Assembly (NCBI RefSeq): GCF_003018235.1
Contig: NZ_CP027437.1
Source of the DNA: Escherichia coli
Lineage (GTDB): Bacteria; Pseudomonadota; Gammaproteobacteria; Enterobacterales; Enterobacteriaceae
Direction: 5' to 3' (one strand)
DNA length: 64,000 nt
Of this stretch, positions 1 through 15,651 are shown piece after piece. A program made the translations under genes and the position numbers. The first letter of the stretch is position 1; every line of letters starts with the position of its first letter. Under the pieces are notes generated by a model, which saw only the letters and a list, made by a program, of their open reading frames with translations, ran no database searches and had not been told where the DNA came from.

Positions 1-5730
<5,730 letters not shown>

Positions 5731-7380
5731 GTGAACTGGCGCAGAATCGTCTGGCTATTGGCGTTGGTTACTCTGCCAACGCTTGCGGAGGAGACGCCGT
5801 TACAACTGGTGCTGCGCGGTGCGCAGCACGATCAACTGTATCAGCTGTCGTCATCAGGCGTGACTAAAGCCTCGACATTACCTGACTCGCTCACCACGCC
5901 GTTAGGGAGTTTGTGGAAACTGTATGTTTACGCCTGGCTGGAGGATACCCATCAACCGGAGCAGGCCTACCAGTGTCGTGGAAACTCCCCGGAAGAGGTT
6001 TATTGTTGTCAGGCTGGGGAGAGCATAACGCGCGATACCGCGCTGGTACGTTCCTGTGGGCTCTATTTTGCGCCGCAGCGGTTGCATATTAGCGCAGATG
6101 TGTGGGGGCAATACTGGCAACAGCGTCAGGCACCTGCGTGGTTAGCGTCTCTTACTACGCTGAAGCCAGAAACCTCGGTAACGGTTAAATCACTGCTTGA
6201 TTCATTAGCGACGTTACCCGCGCAAAACAAAGCTCAGGAAGTCTTACTGGATGTGGTGCTGGACGAGGCGAAAATCGGTGTCGCATCCATGCTCGGTAGT
6301 CGGGTACGGGTGAAAACCTGGAGCTGGTTTGCCGATGATAAGCAGGAAATCCGTCAGGGTGGTTTTGCTGGCTGGTTAACCGATGGTACACCGCTGTGGG
6401 CTACTGGCAGTGGCACCAGCAAAACGGTACTAACCCGTTATGCGACGGTGCTTAATCGAGTTTTGCCAGTGCCGATGCAGGTTGCCAGTGGGCAATGTGT
6501 AGAGGTGGAACTGTTTGCCCGCTATCCGCTGAAGAAAATCGCAGCGGAAAAGAGTACGACGGCAGTAAAACCCGGCGTACTTAATGGGCGCTATCGTGTG
6601 ACGTTCGCCAATGGTAACCACATTACGTTTGTCAGCCACGGTGAGACGACCTTACTGACCGAAAAGGGCAAACTGAAATTGCAGTCGCATCTCGATCGTG
6701 AAGAGTACGTTGCCAGAGTTCTGGATCGCGAGGCGAAAAGTACGCCCCCTGAGGCAGCGAAAGCCATGACCGTGGCGATTCGCACTTTTTTACAGCAAAA
6801 CGCCAATCGGGAAGGCGATTGCCTGACCATCCCCGACAGCAGCGCCACGCAGCGTGTTTCTGCTTCGCCAGCGACCACGGGGGCGCGAACGATGACCGCC
6901 TGGACGCAGGATCTCATCTATGCGGGCGATCCGGTTCATTATCACGGCAGTCGAGCTACCGAAGGGACGCTTTCCTGGCGGCAAGCCATGGCCCAGGCGG
7001 GGCAGGGGGAGCGTTACGACCAGATACTCGCGTTTGCTTATCCCGACAACAGCCTTAGCCGCTGGGGAGCGCCACGCTCAACCTGCCAGTTATTACCCAA
7101 AGCGAAAGCCTGGCTGGCGAAAAAAATGCCGCAGTGGCGGCGTATGTTACAAGGCGAGACGGGGTACAACGAACCAGACGTGTTTGCGGTCTGTCGTTTA
7201 GTCTCAGGTTTCCCCTATACCGATCGGCAGCAGAAACGGCTGTTTATTCGTAACTTCTTTACGCTTCAGGATCGGCTGGATTTAACCCATGAGTATCTGC
7301 ACCTGGCCTTTGATGGTTATCCCACCGGGCTTGATGAGAACTATATCGAAACGCTGACTCGACAATTATTAATGGACTAA
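5731..7380 (+). CDS. yfaQ: YfaQ-like protein (DUF2300 family), 549 aa, GTG start
   Basis: ORF 5731..7380 begins right after the yfaS stop; N-terminal signal-like segment (LLALVTLPTLA); length and position match yfaQ from memory. Confidence 0.7.
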   Translation: MNWRRIVWLLALVTLPTLAEETPLQLVLRGAQHDQLYQLSSSGVTKASTLPDSLTTPLGSLWKLYVYAWLEDTHQPEQAYQCRGNSPEEVYCCQAGESITRDTALVRSCGLYFAPQRLHISADVWGQYWQQRQAPAWLASLTTLKPETSVTVKSLLDSLATLPAQNKAQEVLLDVVLDEAKIGVASMLGSRVRVKTWSWFADDKQEIRQGGFAGWLTDGTPLWATGSGTSKTVLTRYATVLNRVLPVPMQVASGQCVEVELFARYPLKKIAAEKSTTAVKPGVLNGRYRVTFANGNHITFVSHGETTLLTEKGKLKLQSHLDREEYVARVLDREAKSTPPEAAKAMTVAIRTFLQQNANREGDCLTIPDSSATQRVSASPATTGARTMTAWTQDLIYAGDPVHYHGSRATEGTLSWRQAMAQAGQGERYDQILAFAYPDNSLSRWGAPRSTCQLLPKAKAWLAKKMPQWRRMLQGETGYNEPDVFAVCRLVSGFPYTDRQQKRLFIRNFFTLQDRLDLTHEYLHLAFDGYPTGLDENYIETLTRQLLMD

Positions 7381-7384
7381 TGCT

Positions 7385-8161
7385 ATGCGAAAGATTTTTC
7401 TTCCGTTGTTACTGGTGGCGCTTTCGCCTGTTGCCCATGGCGAAGGTGTGCAGGAAGTCGAGATTGATGCACCACTCTCTGGCTGGCATCCGGCAGAGGG
7501 CGAAGATGCCAGTTTTTCACAATCGATCAATTACCCGGCGTCGTCCGTCAACATGGCAGATGATCAAAATATCTCAGCGCAGATCCGCGGCAAAATAAAG
7601 AATTATGCTGCGGCGGGTAAAGTTCAGCAGGGCCGGCTGGTGGTCAACGGTGCCAGTATGCCGCAGAGAATTGAATCCGATGGTTCATTTGCACGCCCTT
7701 ATATTTTCACTGATGGCAGCAACAGCGTGCAGGTCATCAGCCCAGATGGGCAAAGCCGACAAAAAATGCAGTTTTACTCAACGCCGGGCGCTGGAGTGAT
7801 CCGCGCGCGTTTACGGCTGGTTCTCTCCTGGGATACGGACAATACCGACCTCGACCTTCACGTTGTTACACCTGATGGCGAACACGCCTGGTACGGTAAC
7901 ACCGTGCTGAAAAACAGTGGTGCACTGGATATGGATGTCACGACGGGGTACGGCCCCGAGATTTTCGCCATGCCAGCGCCGATTCACGGACGTTATCAGG
8001 TGTATATCAACTACTATGGCGGACGCAGCGAAACGGAATTGACGACCGCCCAACTGACGCTGATCACCGATGAAGGATCGGTCAATGAGAAACAGGAAAC
8101 ATTTATTGTACCGATGCGTAACGCTGGCGAGCTGACGCTGGTGAAAAGTTTTGACTGGTGA
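7385..8161 (+). CDS. yfaP: YfaP-like secreted protein (DUF2135 family), 258 aa
   Basis: ORF with N-terminal signal peptide (MRKIFLPLLLVALSPVAHG); last gene of the yfaATSQP cluster by synteny. Confidence 0.7.
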   Translation: MRKIFLPLLLVALSPVAHGEGVQEVEIDAPLSGWHPAEGEDASFSQSINYPASSVNMADDQNISAQIRGKIKNYAAAGKVQQGRLVVNGASMPQRIESDGSFARPYIFTDGSNSVQVISPDGQSRQKMQFYSTPGAGVIRARLRLVLSWDTDNTDLDLHVVTPDGEHAWYGNTVLKNSGALDMDVTTGYGPEIFAMPAPIHGRYQVYINYYGGRSETELTTAQLTLITDEGSVNEKQETFIVPMRNAGELTLVKSFDW

Positions 8162-8234
8162 TTAATGGGGTTACCTTCGCCGTCGATGTTCAAGAAAACG
8201 CCCGATAACTTTCGCTATCGGGTGTTTTTATTGA

Positions 8235-9419
8235 TTAATTCAATCGTTCAATCACTATCGCAATTCCCTGACCGCCACCAATGCACAGCGTTGCCAGACC
8301 CAGCGTTTTATCGTGTGCCTGCATTGCATGTAGCAGTGTGACCAGAATACGTGCACCGCTGGCACCGATAGGATGCCCCAGCGCGATAGCCCCGCCGTTG
8401 ACATTCACTTTCTCAGGATCAAAGCCCAGCGTTTTCCCTACAGCAAGGAACTGCGCGGCAAATGCTTCATTGGCTTCGATGAGATCAATGTCTGCCAGTT
8501 GCAGCCCCGCCAGTTGTAACGCTTTTTGCGTGGCAGGTACTGGCCCCATACCCATCATTGAGGGAGCCACGCCGCCGCTGGCATAACTTTTAATGCGTGC
8601 CAGTGGGGTAAGGCCTGCTGCCAGTGCCGCAGATTCTTCCATAATCACCAGTGCGGCAGCACCGTCGTTAATGCCAGACGCGTTCCCGGCGGTGACTGTT
8701 CCTGCTTTATCGAAGGCCGGGCGCAATGCGCCTAACGCTTCAGTCGTAGAATCCGCTTTCGGGAATTCGTCTTGACTGAAGACGAAGGTTTTCTTCCGAG
8801 TGACAACATTTACCGGGACGATTTCGGCTGTAAAAGCACCGGACTCAATTGCGGCTGCCGCTTTACGCTGTGAATGTAGCGCCAGTTCATCCTGCATTTC
8901 TCGGGTAATTCCGTACTCTTTGGCCACGTTCTCGGCGGTAATCCCCATATGATAACCATGGGTGGCGCACATCAGACCATCGCGCAGGATTACGTCATAA
9001 ACCTGTCCGTCTCCAAGACGATAACCAGAGCGTGCTTTTGCATCGAGTAAGTAGGGCGCTAAACTCATATTTTCCATACCCCCCGCCACAATGCTTTGCG
9101 CCTGACCTGCCTGAATTGCCTGGGCGGCAAGCGCCACACTTTTAAGACCCGAACCACACACTTTATTGACCGTGAATCCGCACACCGTTTCTGCCAGTCC
9201 GCTTTTTAACAGTGCCTGACGTGCCGGATTTTGCCCCAACCCGGCTTGCAACACGTTACCCATAATCACTTCATCAATGTGTAGTGAATCGATTTTTGCA
9301 CGTTCAATGGCGGCTTTAATTACTGTCGCCCCCAGGTCGATGGCGCTGGTGGAAGCGAGTGAACCGTTAAAACTACCGATAGCAGTACGTACCGCACTGA
9401 CGATGACACAATTTTTCAT
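8235..9419 (-). CDS. atoB: acetyl-CoA acetyltransferase (thiolase II)
   Basis: 394-aa ORF with thiolase motifs (NKVCGSGLK active-site Cys region, C-terminal [12 protein letters not shown]); located downstream of atoDAE. Confidence 0.9.
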   Translation of the reverse strand: MKNCVIVSAVRTAIGSFNGSLASTSAIDLGATVIKAAIERAKIDSLHIDEVIMGNVLQAGLGQNPARQALLKSGLAETVCGFTVNKVCGSGLKSVALAAQAIQAGQAQSIVAGGMENMSLAPYLLDAKARSGYRLGDGQVYDVILRDGLMCATHGYHMGITAENVAKEYGITREMQDELALHSQRKAAAAIESGAFTAEIVPVNVVTRKKTFVFSQDEFPKADSTTEALGALRPAFDKAGTVTAGNASGINDGAAALVIMEESAALAAGLTPLARIKSYASGGVAPSMMGMGPVPATQKALQLAGLQLADIDLIEANEAFAAQFLAVGKTLGFDPEKVNVNGGAIALGHPIGASGARILVTLLHAMQAHDKTLGLATLCIGGGQGIAIVIERLN

Positions 9420-9449
9420 TTTTTATTCCTTCTGTCTGTAGGGTTGCCG

Positions 9450-10772
9450 TCAGAACAGCGTTAAACCAATGACGAAAATGACGCCGGAGAAGAGCAGGGC
9501 AGTGATGCAATAGCCCATGATGTCGCGGACACCGAGTCCGGCGATTGCCAGTGCTGGCAGCGCCCAGAATGGTTGTGCCATGTTCATCCATTGCTCGCCG
9601 TAGGCGATCGCCATTACCGATTTACCGAGATCAGCGCCCAGCGCCTGGGCTGCGGGTATCACGAAAGGTCCCTGAATAACCCAGTGACCGCCGCCAGACG
9701 GAACGGCGAAGTTAATCAGTGCAGAACTAAAAAAGGTCATTACCGGGAAGGTGTCTTTGTTCGCAACATTGATGAAGAATTCGGTAATGAGTCCGCCCAG
9801 ACCGGAATGCTCCATCATCAGTTGGATCCCAGCGTAGAAGGGGAATTGCACCAGAATACCGGCAGTACTGCGTGCTGCCGCGCTGATAGCACGCATATAA
9901 GCCATTGGCGTTTTATGTAGCAGCAGACCCGCAATCATAAACATCAGGTTGACGGTATTGATGGTGATGTTGAAGCCATGTTCGCTGAAGTACATCGCAA
10001 GGTAAGCGATACCGAGTGCGCCGATGATCAACGTCAGAATGCGGCTTTCTTCCAGTCGCTCGGATGGTGGGGCATCTTTCGGTAGCTGCTTTTGAAAATC
10101 AGCCTCTTCCATGAGTAGTTTCGGATCGATACTCACCACGTCAGACGGTTTTGGCATCATCATGCGGGTGATAAATGGCATCACCACAATCAACGCCACA
10201 GTGATGAAAATGTTAAAACCACTGAACAGAGTATCGCCCACCGGGATCAGCCCGGCGATATGCTCAACCGGGTTGCCCGGTGTTGCAGCCAACAGAGGCA
10301 TTGAGCCAGAGAAACCGCCACCCCAGGTGAGAAAACCAATGTAGGCGCAGGCAATGAGCAACGGATAATCAGAACCGGGTACTCGGCGGGCGACTTCACG
10401 GGCAAACATTGCGCCGACAACCAAACCAAATCCCCAGTTGATGACACAAGCGACTGAACCGAAGAAAGTGACCAGCATGACGCCCTGTACGGGCGTCTTT
10501 GCGGCGGAGGCGGCAGTACGCAACAAACTTTTTACCGGAGCGGAGCTGGCAAGGGCATGACCGGTAACGATGATAAGCGCCATCTGCATACCAAACGCCA
10601 GTAAGTTCCAGAAACCGTCACCCCACATTTTCACCATGCTGATCGGCGTTTGTGGTGTTAACCAAAGCGCGATCACGAAAGTTAGCAATGTCAGCAACAT
10701 GGCAAAGATCAGTGGATCGGGAAGCCACCGGCTGACAAAACGCGTCATAAAACGCGATATGCGACCAATCAT
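9450..10772 (-). CDS. atoE: short-chain fatty acid transporter
   Basis: 440-aa polytopic membrane protein ORF between atoA and atoB. Confidence 0.85.
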   Translation of the reverse strand: MIGRISRFMTRFVSRWLPDPLIFAMLLTLLTFVIALWLTPQTPISMVKMWGDGFWNLLAFGMQMALIIVTGHALASSAPVKSLLRTAASAAKTPVQGVMLVTFFGSVACVINWGFGLVVGAMFAREVARRVPGSDYPLLIACAYIGFLTWGGGFSGSMPLLAATPGNPVEHIAGLIPVGDTLFSGFNIFITVALIVVMPFITRMMMPKPSDVVSIDPKLLMEEADFQKQLPKDAPPSERLEESRILTLIIGALGIAYLAMYFSEHGFNITINTVNLMFMIAGLLLHKTPMAYMRAISAAARSTAGILVQFPFYAGIQLMMEHSGLGGLITEFFINVANKDTFPVMTFFSSALINFAVPSGGGHWVIQGPFVIPAAQALGADLGKSVMAIAYGEQWMNMAQPFWALPALAIAGLGVRDIMGYCITALLFSGVIFVIGLTLF

Positions 10773-11419
10773 AAATCACCCCGTTGCGTATTCAGATCGG
10801 CGGCGACTTCAAACCGAGCTTCTGTTTTGGCACGCACGGTGGCTAAATCACACCCGTCGGCAATTTCGGTGAGCCACATTTTGCCGTCAATAAAACGAAA
10901 GACAGCCAGTTCAGTAACCAGCATATGCACCGCATGTTGCGCAGTGAGTGGCATGGTGCAGCGGCGCAAAATTTTTGCTGAACCATCTTTGGCGCAATGT
11001 TCCATGGCGATGATCACTTTGCGCGACCCGGTCACCAGATCCATCGCGCCACCCATACCGGGCACCATTTTCCCAGGCACTACCCAGTTCGCGAGGTTTG
11101 CTTCTTCGTCTACTTGCAAACCGCCGAGCACGCAGGCATCAATATGACCGCCGCGGATTAGCGCAAATGACATGGCGCTATCAAACATGGCTGCACCGGG
11201 TAAAACACCGCACGGTTGTCCGCCAGCGTTCACCAGATCTGGATGCGCTGTCGTGACCGGGCCTAAACCGAGGAAGCCGTTTTCCGATTGCAGAGTGATA
11301 TGAATACCCTCCGGTAAATAATTGGCGACCATTGTGGGTAAACCGATCCCTAAGTTAACGATGTCACCATCACGAAGCTCTTGCGCCACACGGCGCGCAA
11401 TACGTTGTTTCGCATCCAT
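10769..11419 (-). CDS. atoA: acetate CoA-transferase beta subunit
   Basis: 216-aa ORF overlapping the atoE start by 4 bp; CoA-transferase subunit B-like sequence. Confidence 0.85.
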   Translation of the reverse strand: MDAKQRIARRVAQELRDGDIVNLGIGLPTMVANYLPEGIHITLQSENGFLGLGPVTTAHPDLVNAGGQPCGVLPGAAMFDSAMSFALIRGGHIDACVLGGLQVDEEANLANWVVPGKMVPGMGGAMDLVTGSRKVIIAMEHCAKDGSAKILRRCTMPLTAQHAVHMLVTELAVFRFIDGKMWLTEIADGCDLATVRAKTEARFEVAADLNTQRGDL

Positions 11420-12081
11420 TATTTGCTCTCCTGTGAAACGATGATGTGGTCGATAACGGCACCAGGGGTGACAATATGGTCAGGTTGCAGCTCGCCGGTT
11501 TCGACCAGTTCATCCGGCTCTACCAGCGTGATATCAGCCGCAAGGGCTATCAGGGGGTTAAAGTTGCGGGCGCTAAGGTGATAGGTCAGGTTGCCAAGTG
11601 TGTCGCAACGATGAGCGCGAATTAGCGCCAGGTCGGCGCGCAGCGGGCGTTCAAGCAGCCAGGTTTTACCGTCGAGTGTCAGTGTCTGTTTGCCTTCCTC
11701 TACGACGGTGCCGACACCCGTTGGGGTGAGAAAACCACCAAGTCCAGCTCCACCACAGCGAATTTGCTCGATTAGCGTACCTTGCGGCACCAGAACGACG
11801 TCCATCTCACCAGATATCATGCGCCGACCTGTTTCCGGGTTGGTGCCGATATGTGAAGCAATCACTTTGCGGACTCGACCATTGACGATGAGCGGACCGA
11901 TGCCAGTATCAACAAACGCGGTATCATTGGCTATCAATGTCAGGTCGCGAACACCAGATTCCAGTAATGCTTCAACCAGGCGGGATGGAGTGCCAATCCC
12001 CATAAATCCGCCCACCATGATGGTCATGCCGTCACGAAAGAAGCCGGTGGCATCTTGTAATGTCATCAATTTTGTTTTCAT
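11419..12081 (-). CDS. atoD: acetate CoA-transferase alpha subunit
   Basis: 220-aa ORF, first gene of the atoDAEB operon, preceded by a sigma54-type promoter. Confidence 0.85.
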   Translation of the reverse strand: MKTKLMTLQDATGFFRDGMTIMVGGFMGIGTPSRLVEALLESGVRDLTLIANDTAFVDTGIGPLIVNGRVRKVIASHIGTNPETGRRMISGEMDVVLVPQGTLIEQIRCGGAGLGGFLTPTGVGTVVEEGKQTLTLDGKTWLLERPLRADLALIRAHRCDTLGNLTYHLSARNFNPLIALAADITLVEPDELVETGELQPDHIVTPGAVIDHIIVSQESK

Positions 12082-12127
12082 TTTTTATCCCTCTTGCATA
12101 CACCGTTGTGGGTACAGTCAGGGAATA

Positions 12128-12144
12128 GCAAGGGGAGTGCCAGA
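12128..12144 (-). promoter_or_regulatory. sigma54 (-24/-12) promoter of atoDAEB
   Basis: Minus-strand sequence TGGCAC-tcccc-TTGCT matches the sigma54 consensus (TGGCAC N5 TTGCA), about 50 bp upstream of the atoD ATG. Confidence 0.7.
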
Positions 12145-12224
12145 ATGAGATTATTGGATTTTGTTATTTAACTAATTGAATATGAAGGGATAAATTGGAT
12201 GGGGATTTATAAGGAGAATGAGCG

Positions 12225-12265
12225 GCTATGCAGAAAATTGCGCACTGTGCAAATTTCTGCATAGC
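12225..12265. promoter_or_regulatory. AtoC enhancer-binding site (inverted repeat)
   Basis: Near-perfect 41-bp palindrome GCTATGCAGAAAATTGCGCACTGTGCAAATTTCTGCATAGC between atoC and atoD; matches the AtoC site known from the literature (memory). Confidence 0.65.
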
Positions 12266-12276
12266 AAGTTTTGGCG

Positions 12277-13662
12277 TTATACATCCGCCGGATCGATACC
12301 GTATTCCTGGAGTTTATACATCAATGCACGGCGACTGATGCCCAGCATTAAAGCAGTGCGGGTTCGGTTTCCTTCTTGTTGTTCCAGCACTTCCATAATG
12401 ATGCGTTTTTCGACGCGTTTAATTTCCTCTTTTAAATTACGCTCTCCGACAGGGGATGTTTTTACCTCGCCAGCATTACAGACTGGCTGACGAATCTGCG
12501 GCGGAAGATCCTCAGAAAAAATGATCGGGCCTGAGTTCATCACGACGGCGCGTTCAATAACGTTGGAAAGCTCTCGAATATTTCCCGGCCATGACCAGGC
12601 GGTAAGCAGTGACATTGCCATCGGATCGATGTCGATAATATCGCGCTGATTCTCACTACTGAATTTTTGCAAAAAGTGATTAGCTAACAGGGAAATATCT
12701 TCCCGGCGATCGCGCAGAGGCGGCAGTATTAAATGAATAACGTTAAGGCGATAAAAGAGATCTTCACGGAAGGTGCCTTCTTTTACCATTGCCTGCAAGT
12801 CACGGTTGGTGGCAGCAATGATGCGGATATCAACTTTTATGGTCTGATGGCCGCCAATCCGTTCAAATTCCCGTTCCTGCAGAATGCGTAGTAATTTGGC
12901 TTGCAGTACGAGCGGCATTTCGCCAATTTCGTCGAGGAGAAGAGTACCTTCGTTGGCACGTTCAAATAATCCCTGACGCAAGGTTTGTGCACCAGTAAAT
13001 GCACCTTTTTCATGACCAAACAGTTCACTTTCGAGCAACGATTCCGGCAGCGCCGCGCAGTTGACTTTAATGAACGGCCCCTTTGCCCGCCGCGAATTGT
13101 AGTGAATCGCTCTGGCAATCAACTCTTTCCCGGTGCCGCTTTCACCGCTAATCAAGACGCTGGCCTGAGAAAGGGCAATTTTGGCGGTGTCTTTGCAGAT
13201 ATCCATCATCGCCGGGCTGTTGGTGAGAATGTGCCCCCATTGCCAGCTGGTGCTCAGTGCCTGGTGCAGATGACGGATCTCTTTTTTCATTGACTGGAGT
13301 TGTAAAGCGCGCTGAACGATTAAATTCAACTCATCGAGATCAAACGGTTTAATAACATAGTCGAAGGCCCCGCAGCGTAGCGCTTCGACGGCGGTTTCCA
13401 CTTCAGCATAGGCCGTCATCAGAATAACGGGGGTCCGTGTCTCATGGCTGCGCATCTCCTTGAGTGCCTTGATGCCGTCCATCTCTGGCATGCGGATATC
13501 CATCAACACCACGTCAGGGTGAATATCGACAAACAGGTGTAATGCTGTGCGTCCGTTGTTCGCACAATGTGTTTCGAATCCTTGTAGTGCAAAAGCGGTG
13601 CTCAGCATACGGCGAACATTATCTTCATCATCCACAATAAGGATGCGATTAATAGCAGTCAT
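12277..13662 (-). CDS. atoC: sigma54-dependent response regulator AtoC
   Basis: 461-aa ORF with receiver domain (ILIVDDEDNVRRML), AAA+ sigma54-activator motifs (GESGTGKE, GAFTGA) and C-terminal HTH. Confidence 0.9.
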   Translation of the reverse strand: MTAINRILIVDDEDNVRRMLSTAFALQGFETHCANNGRTALHLFVDIHPDVVLMDIRMPEMDGIKALKEMRSHETRTPVILMTAYAEVETAVEALRCGAFDYVIKPFDLDELNLIVQRALQLQSMKKEIRHLHQALSTSWQWGHILTNSPAMMDICKDTAKIALSQASVLISGESGTGKELIARAIHYNSRRAKGPFIKVNCAALPESLLESELFGHEKGAFTGAQTLRQGLFERANEGTLLLDEIGEMPLVLQAKLLRILQEREFERIGGHQTIKVDIRIIAATNRDLQAMVKEGTFREDLFYRLNVIHLILPPLRDRREDISLLANHFLQKFSSENQRDIIDIDPMAMSLLTAWSWPGNIRELSNVIERAVVMNSGPIIFSEDLPPQIRQPVCNAGEVKTSPVGERNLKEEIKRVEKRIIMEVLEQQEGNRTRTALMLGISRRALMYKLQEYGIDPADV

Positions 13663-15485
13663 ACAGTCTGATTTCCCTGCGGGTTGATCGGTAAAATAAG
13701 CGTGAAGGTTGCGCCGTAGCCCGGCAAACTGGCGACGCGAATATCACCCTGATGGGCATTAATGATGCGTTGACTTAACGCCAGACCAAGCCCGGTTCCA
13801 GAGGCTTTGGTGGTGAAAAAGGGATCGAAGATCTTTTTTTGCAGCGAGAGATCAATGCCACAGCCGTTGTCCTCTATCGAAATGGCCTGTTGTGAGTCGC
13901 TGTATTGCCAGGTTTGAATGCGAATTTTCCCTCGTGCGCTGATAGCCTGGACGGCATTGATCAGGATATTCAGTAGTACCTGTTTGAGCAGTTCACGATC
14001 GGCGTTAATCGGGCTTAATTCATTATCCAGTTCGCTTATGAAGTCGATCCGCGCTTGTACGCCAGCGGTTTGTACCAGTACCAGAGTTTCTTCAACCAAT
14101 GCATTGAGGCTGACTTGTTGCCATTGACTGTGGCGTGGACGTGAAAATTCGAGCAATTGCTGAATAACTTTGTTAATTGAATCGATTTCTTTGAGTACTA
14201 CGGACAGATATTCCTGATGTATTGGGTCGCTGGTTTGTTGGCGCAAGATCTGTACATAACCACGAATAGCCGTTAGCGGATTACGCACTTCATGCGCGAC
14301 GCCAGCCATCAGCTCACCCAGTGTGGCGAGGCGTTCTGCTTGCGCCATGCGGCGCTGGGTTTCTTTGCGGGCAGTTAAATCAGAGAAAATCACCAAAGCA
14401 CCTATCATTTCACCATGCGTGTTATGAATACGACTGGTAGTGACACTGAGTTCAATGGTGCGGTCACGGCCTGGAAAACTGATCTCCAGCGCTACATGTT
14501 CGGTGCCATGTTCCAGCGTATCCAGTACTGGACTGTAGAACTGAGTATTGTCGAACAACATGGAGTAAGGCTGCCCTACCAGTTCATGACGTTGATAGCC
14601 AGTGATGACTTCTGCTGCCGGGTTCATGGTGGTTACATCACCCTGGCGGTCAATGGCAATGACGCCATCGGCAGCGTTTTCAATAATCAGATCGTTAAGT
14701 GTCCGCGTTTCACGCAGTGCCTGGGCGAGGTTGTTAACACTCTGACTGATTTGCCCCATTTCACCGGGCAATTGTGGTAATCGAGTGGGAATATTTTGCG
14801 CCAGAGTCGAGAGGCCATCGGTGATGATATCAATATTGGCGCTCAGGCGACGGGAGAAAAGGACAATCAACAGCAGGCTTATCAGCAAACCGGCGGTGAG
14901 CACAATGATAATCCTCACATCCATTTTCCAGGCCTGGCGGCGAATATCTTCGGTTAATTCATTGGCCCAGATATAGCCGAGGATTTCACCATTACGCTCA
15001 ATGGGGATCATTGAATTCAAAATATCGCCGCGCACCTGCCTGCCTGAATAAACCAAAGGGGTATTTGTACGCATGACTTCGCGACCAGGGTGATCTGCGG
15101 CAATGGTAACGCCGACATTATTCTGATATAGCGCTGAAGGCGCGTAGGTGATTATCGCATCCAGCGTTTTGTTGTAATAACCAGCGCCGATGCCAGGGAA
15201 GGCGTGAGTGATATTTTCGGTAATGGGGGCAAGTTCTGCATTTAATGCGCGGATACGCTCCTCACGTGGTAAGTCGATGTAGAGATCATAGCGATCGCCT
15301 AGTGCCTGATTAAGCAGGTTGACCACGGCAGAAAGTTTTTTCTCTTTTTCAGATAAGACTGCTGAACGTCCTTCTGTTTCTACGATATAACCAATAGTAA
15401 GCGTTGGGACAATGACCATCAGGATTGCCATCAGAATCATTTGATTGCGTAAGCGGCGTGGATAAATCCACTTCATATAATGCAT
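13659..15485 (-). CDS. atoS: sensor histidine kinase AtoS
   Basis: ORF 13659..15497 with transmembrane segments, PAS region, H-box (HEVRNPL) and ATP-binding domain; start placed at the internal Met (MHYMKW) by inference. Confidence 0.85.
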   Translation of the reverse strand: MHYMKWIYPRRLRNQMILMAILMVIVPTLTIGYIVETEGRSAVLSEKEKKLSAVVNLLNQALGDRYDLYIDLPREERIRALNAELAPITENITHAFPGIGAGYYNKTLDAIITYAPSALYQNNVGVTIAADHPGREVMRTNTPLVYSGRQVRGDILNSMIPIERNGEILGYIWANELTEDIRRQAWKMDVRIIIVLTAGLLISLLLIVLFSRRLSANIDIITDGLSTLAQNIPTRLPQLPGEMGQISQSVNNLAQALRETRTLNDLIIENAADGVIAIDRQGDVTTMNPAAEVITGYQRHELVGQPYSMLFDNTQFYSPVLDTLEHGTEHVALEISFPGRDRTIELSVTTSRIHNTHGEMIGALVIFSDLTARKETQRRMAQAERLATLGELMAGVAHEVRNPLTAIRGYVQILRQQTSDPIHQEYLSVVLKEIDSINKVIQQLLEFSRPRHSQWQQVSLNALVEETLVLVQTAGVQARIDFISELDNELSPINADRELLKQVLLNILINAVQAISARGKIRIQTWQYSDSQQAISIEDNGCGIDLSLQKKIFDPFFTTKASGTGLGLALSQRIINAHQGDIRVASLPGYGATFTLILPINPQGNQTV

Positions 15486-15651
15486 GCTGAAATCCACTAG
15501 TCTTGTCCGGTATATGACGATTATCAGAGGTTAAGGTGATGATTTCTCGGCGGTGTATCATATTCCAGAGAAGAGAGAACATTGCGGTAACACGCTTTTA
15601 CCGCTACCTTAACCACACTCCATCGGTCACCTGAGGCGGAGCTTCGCCCCT

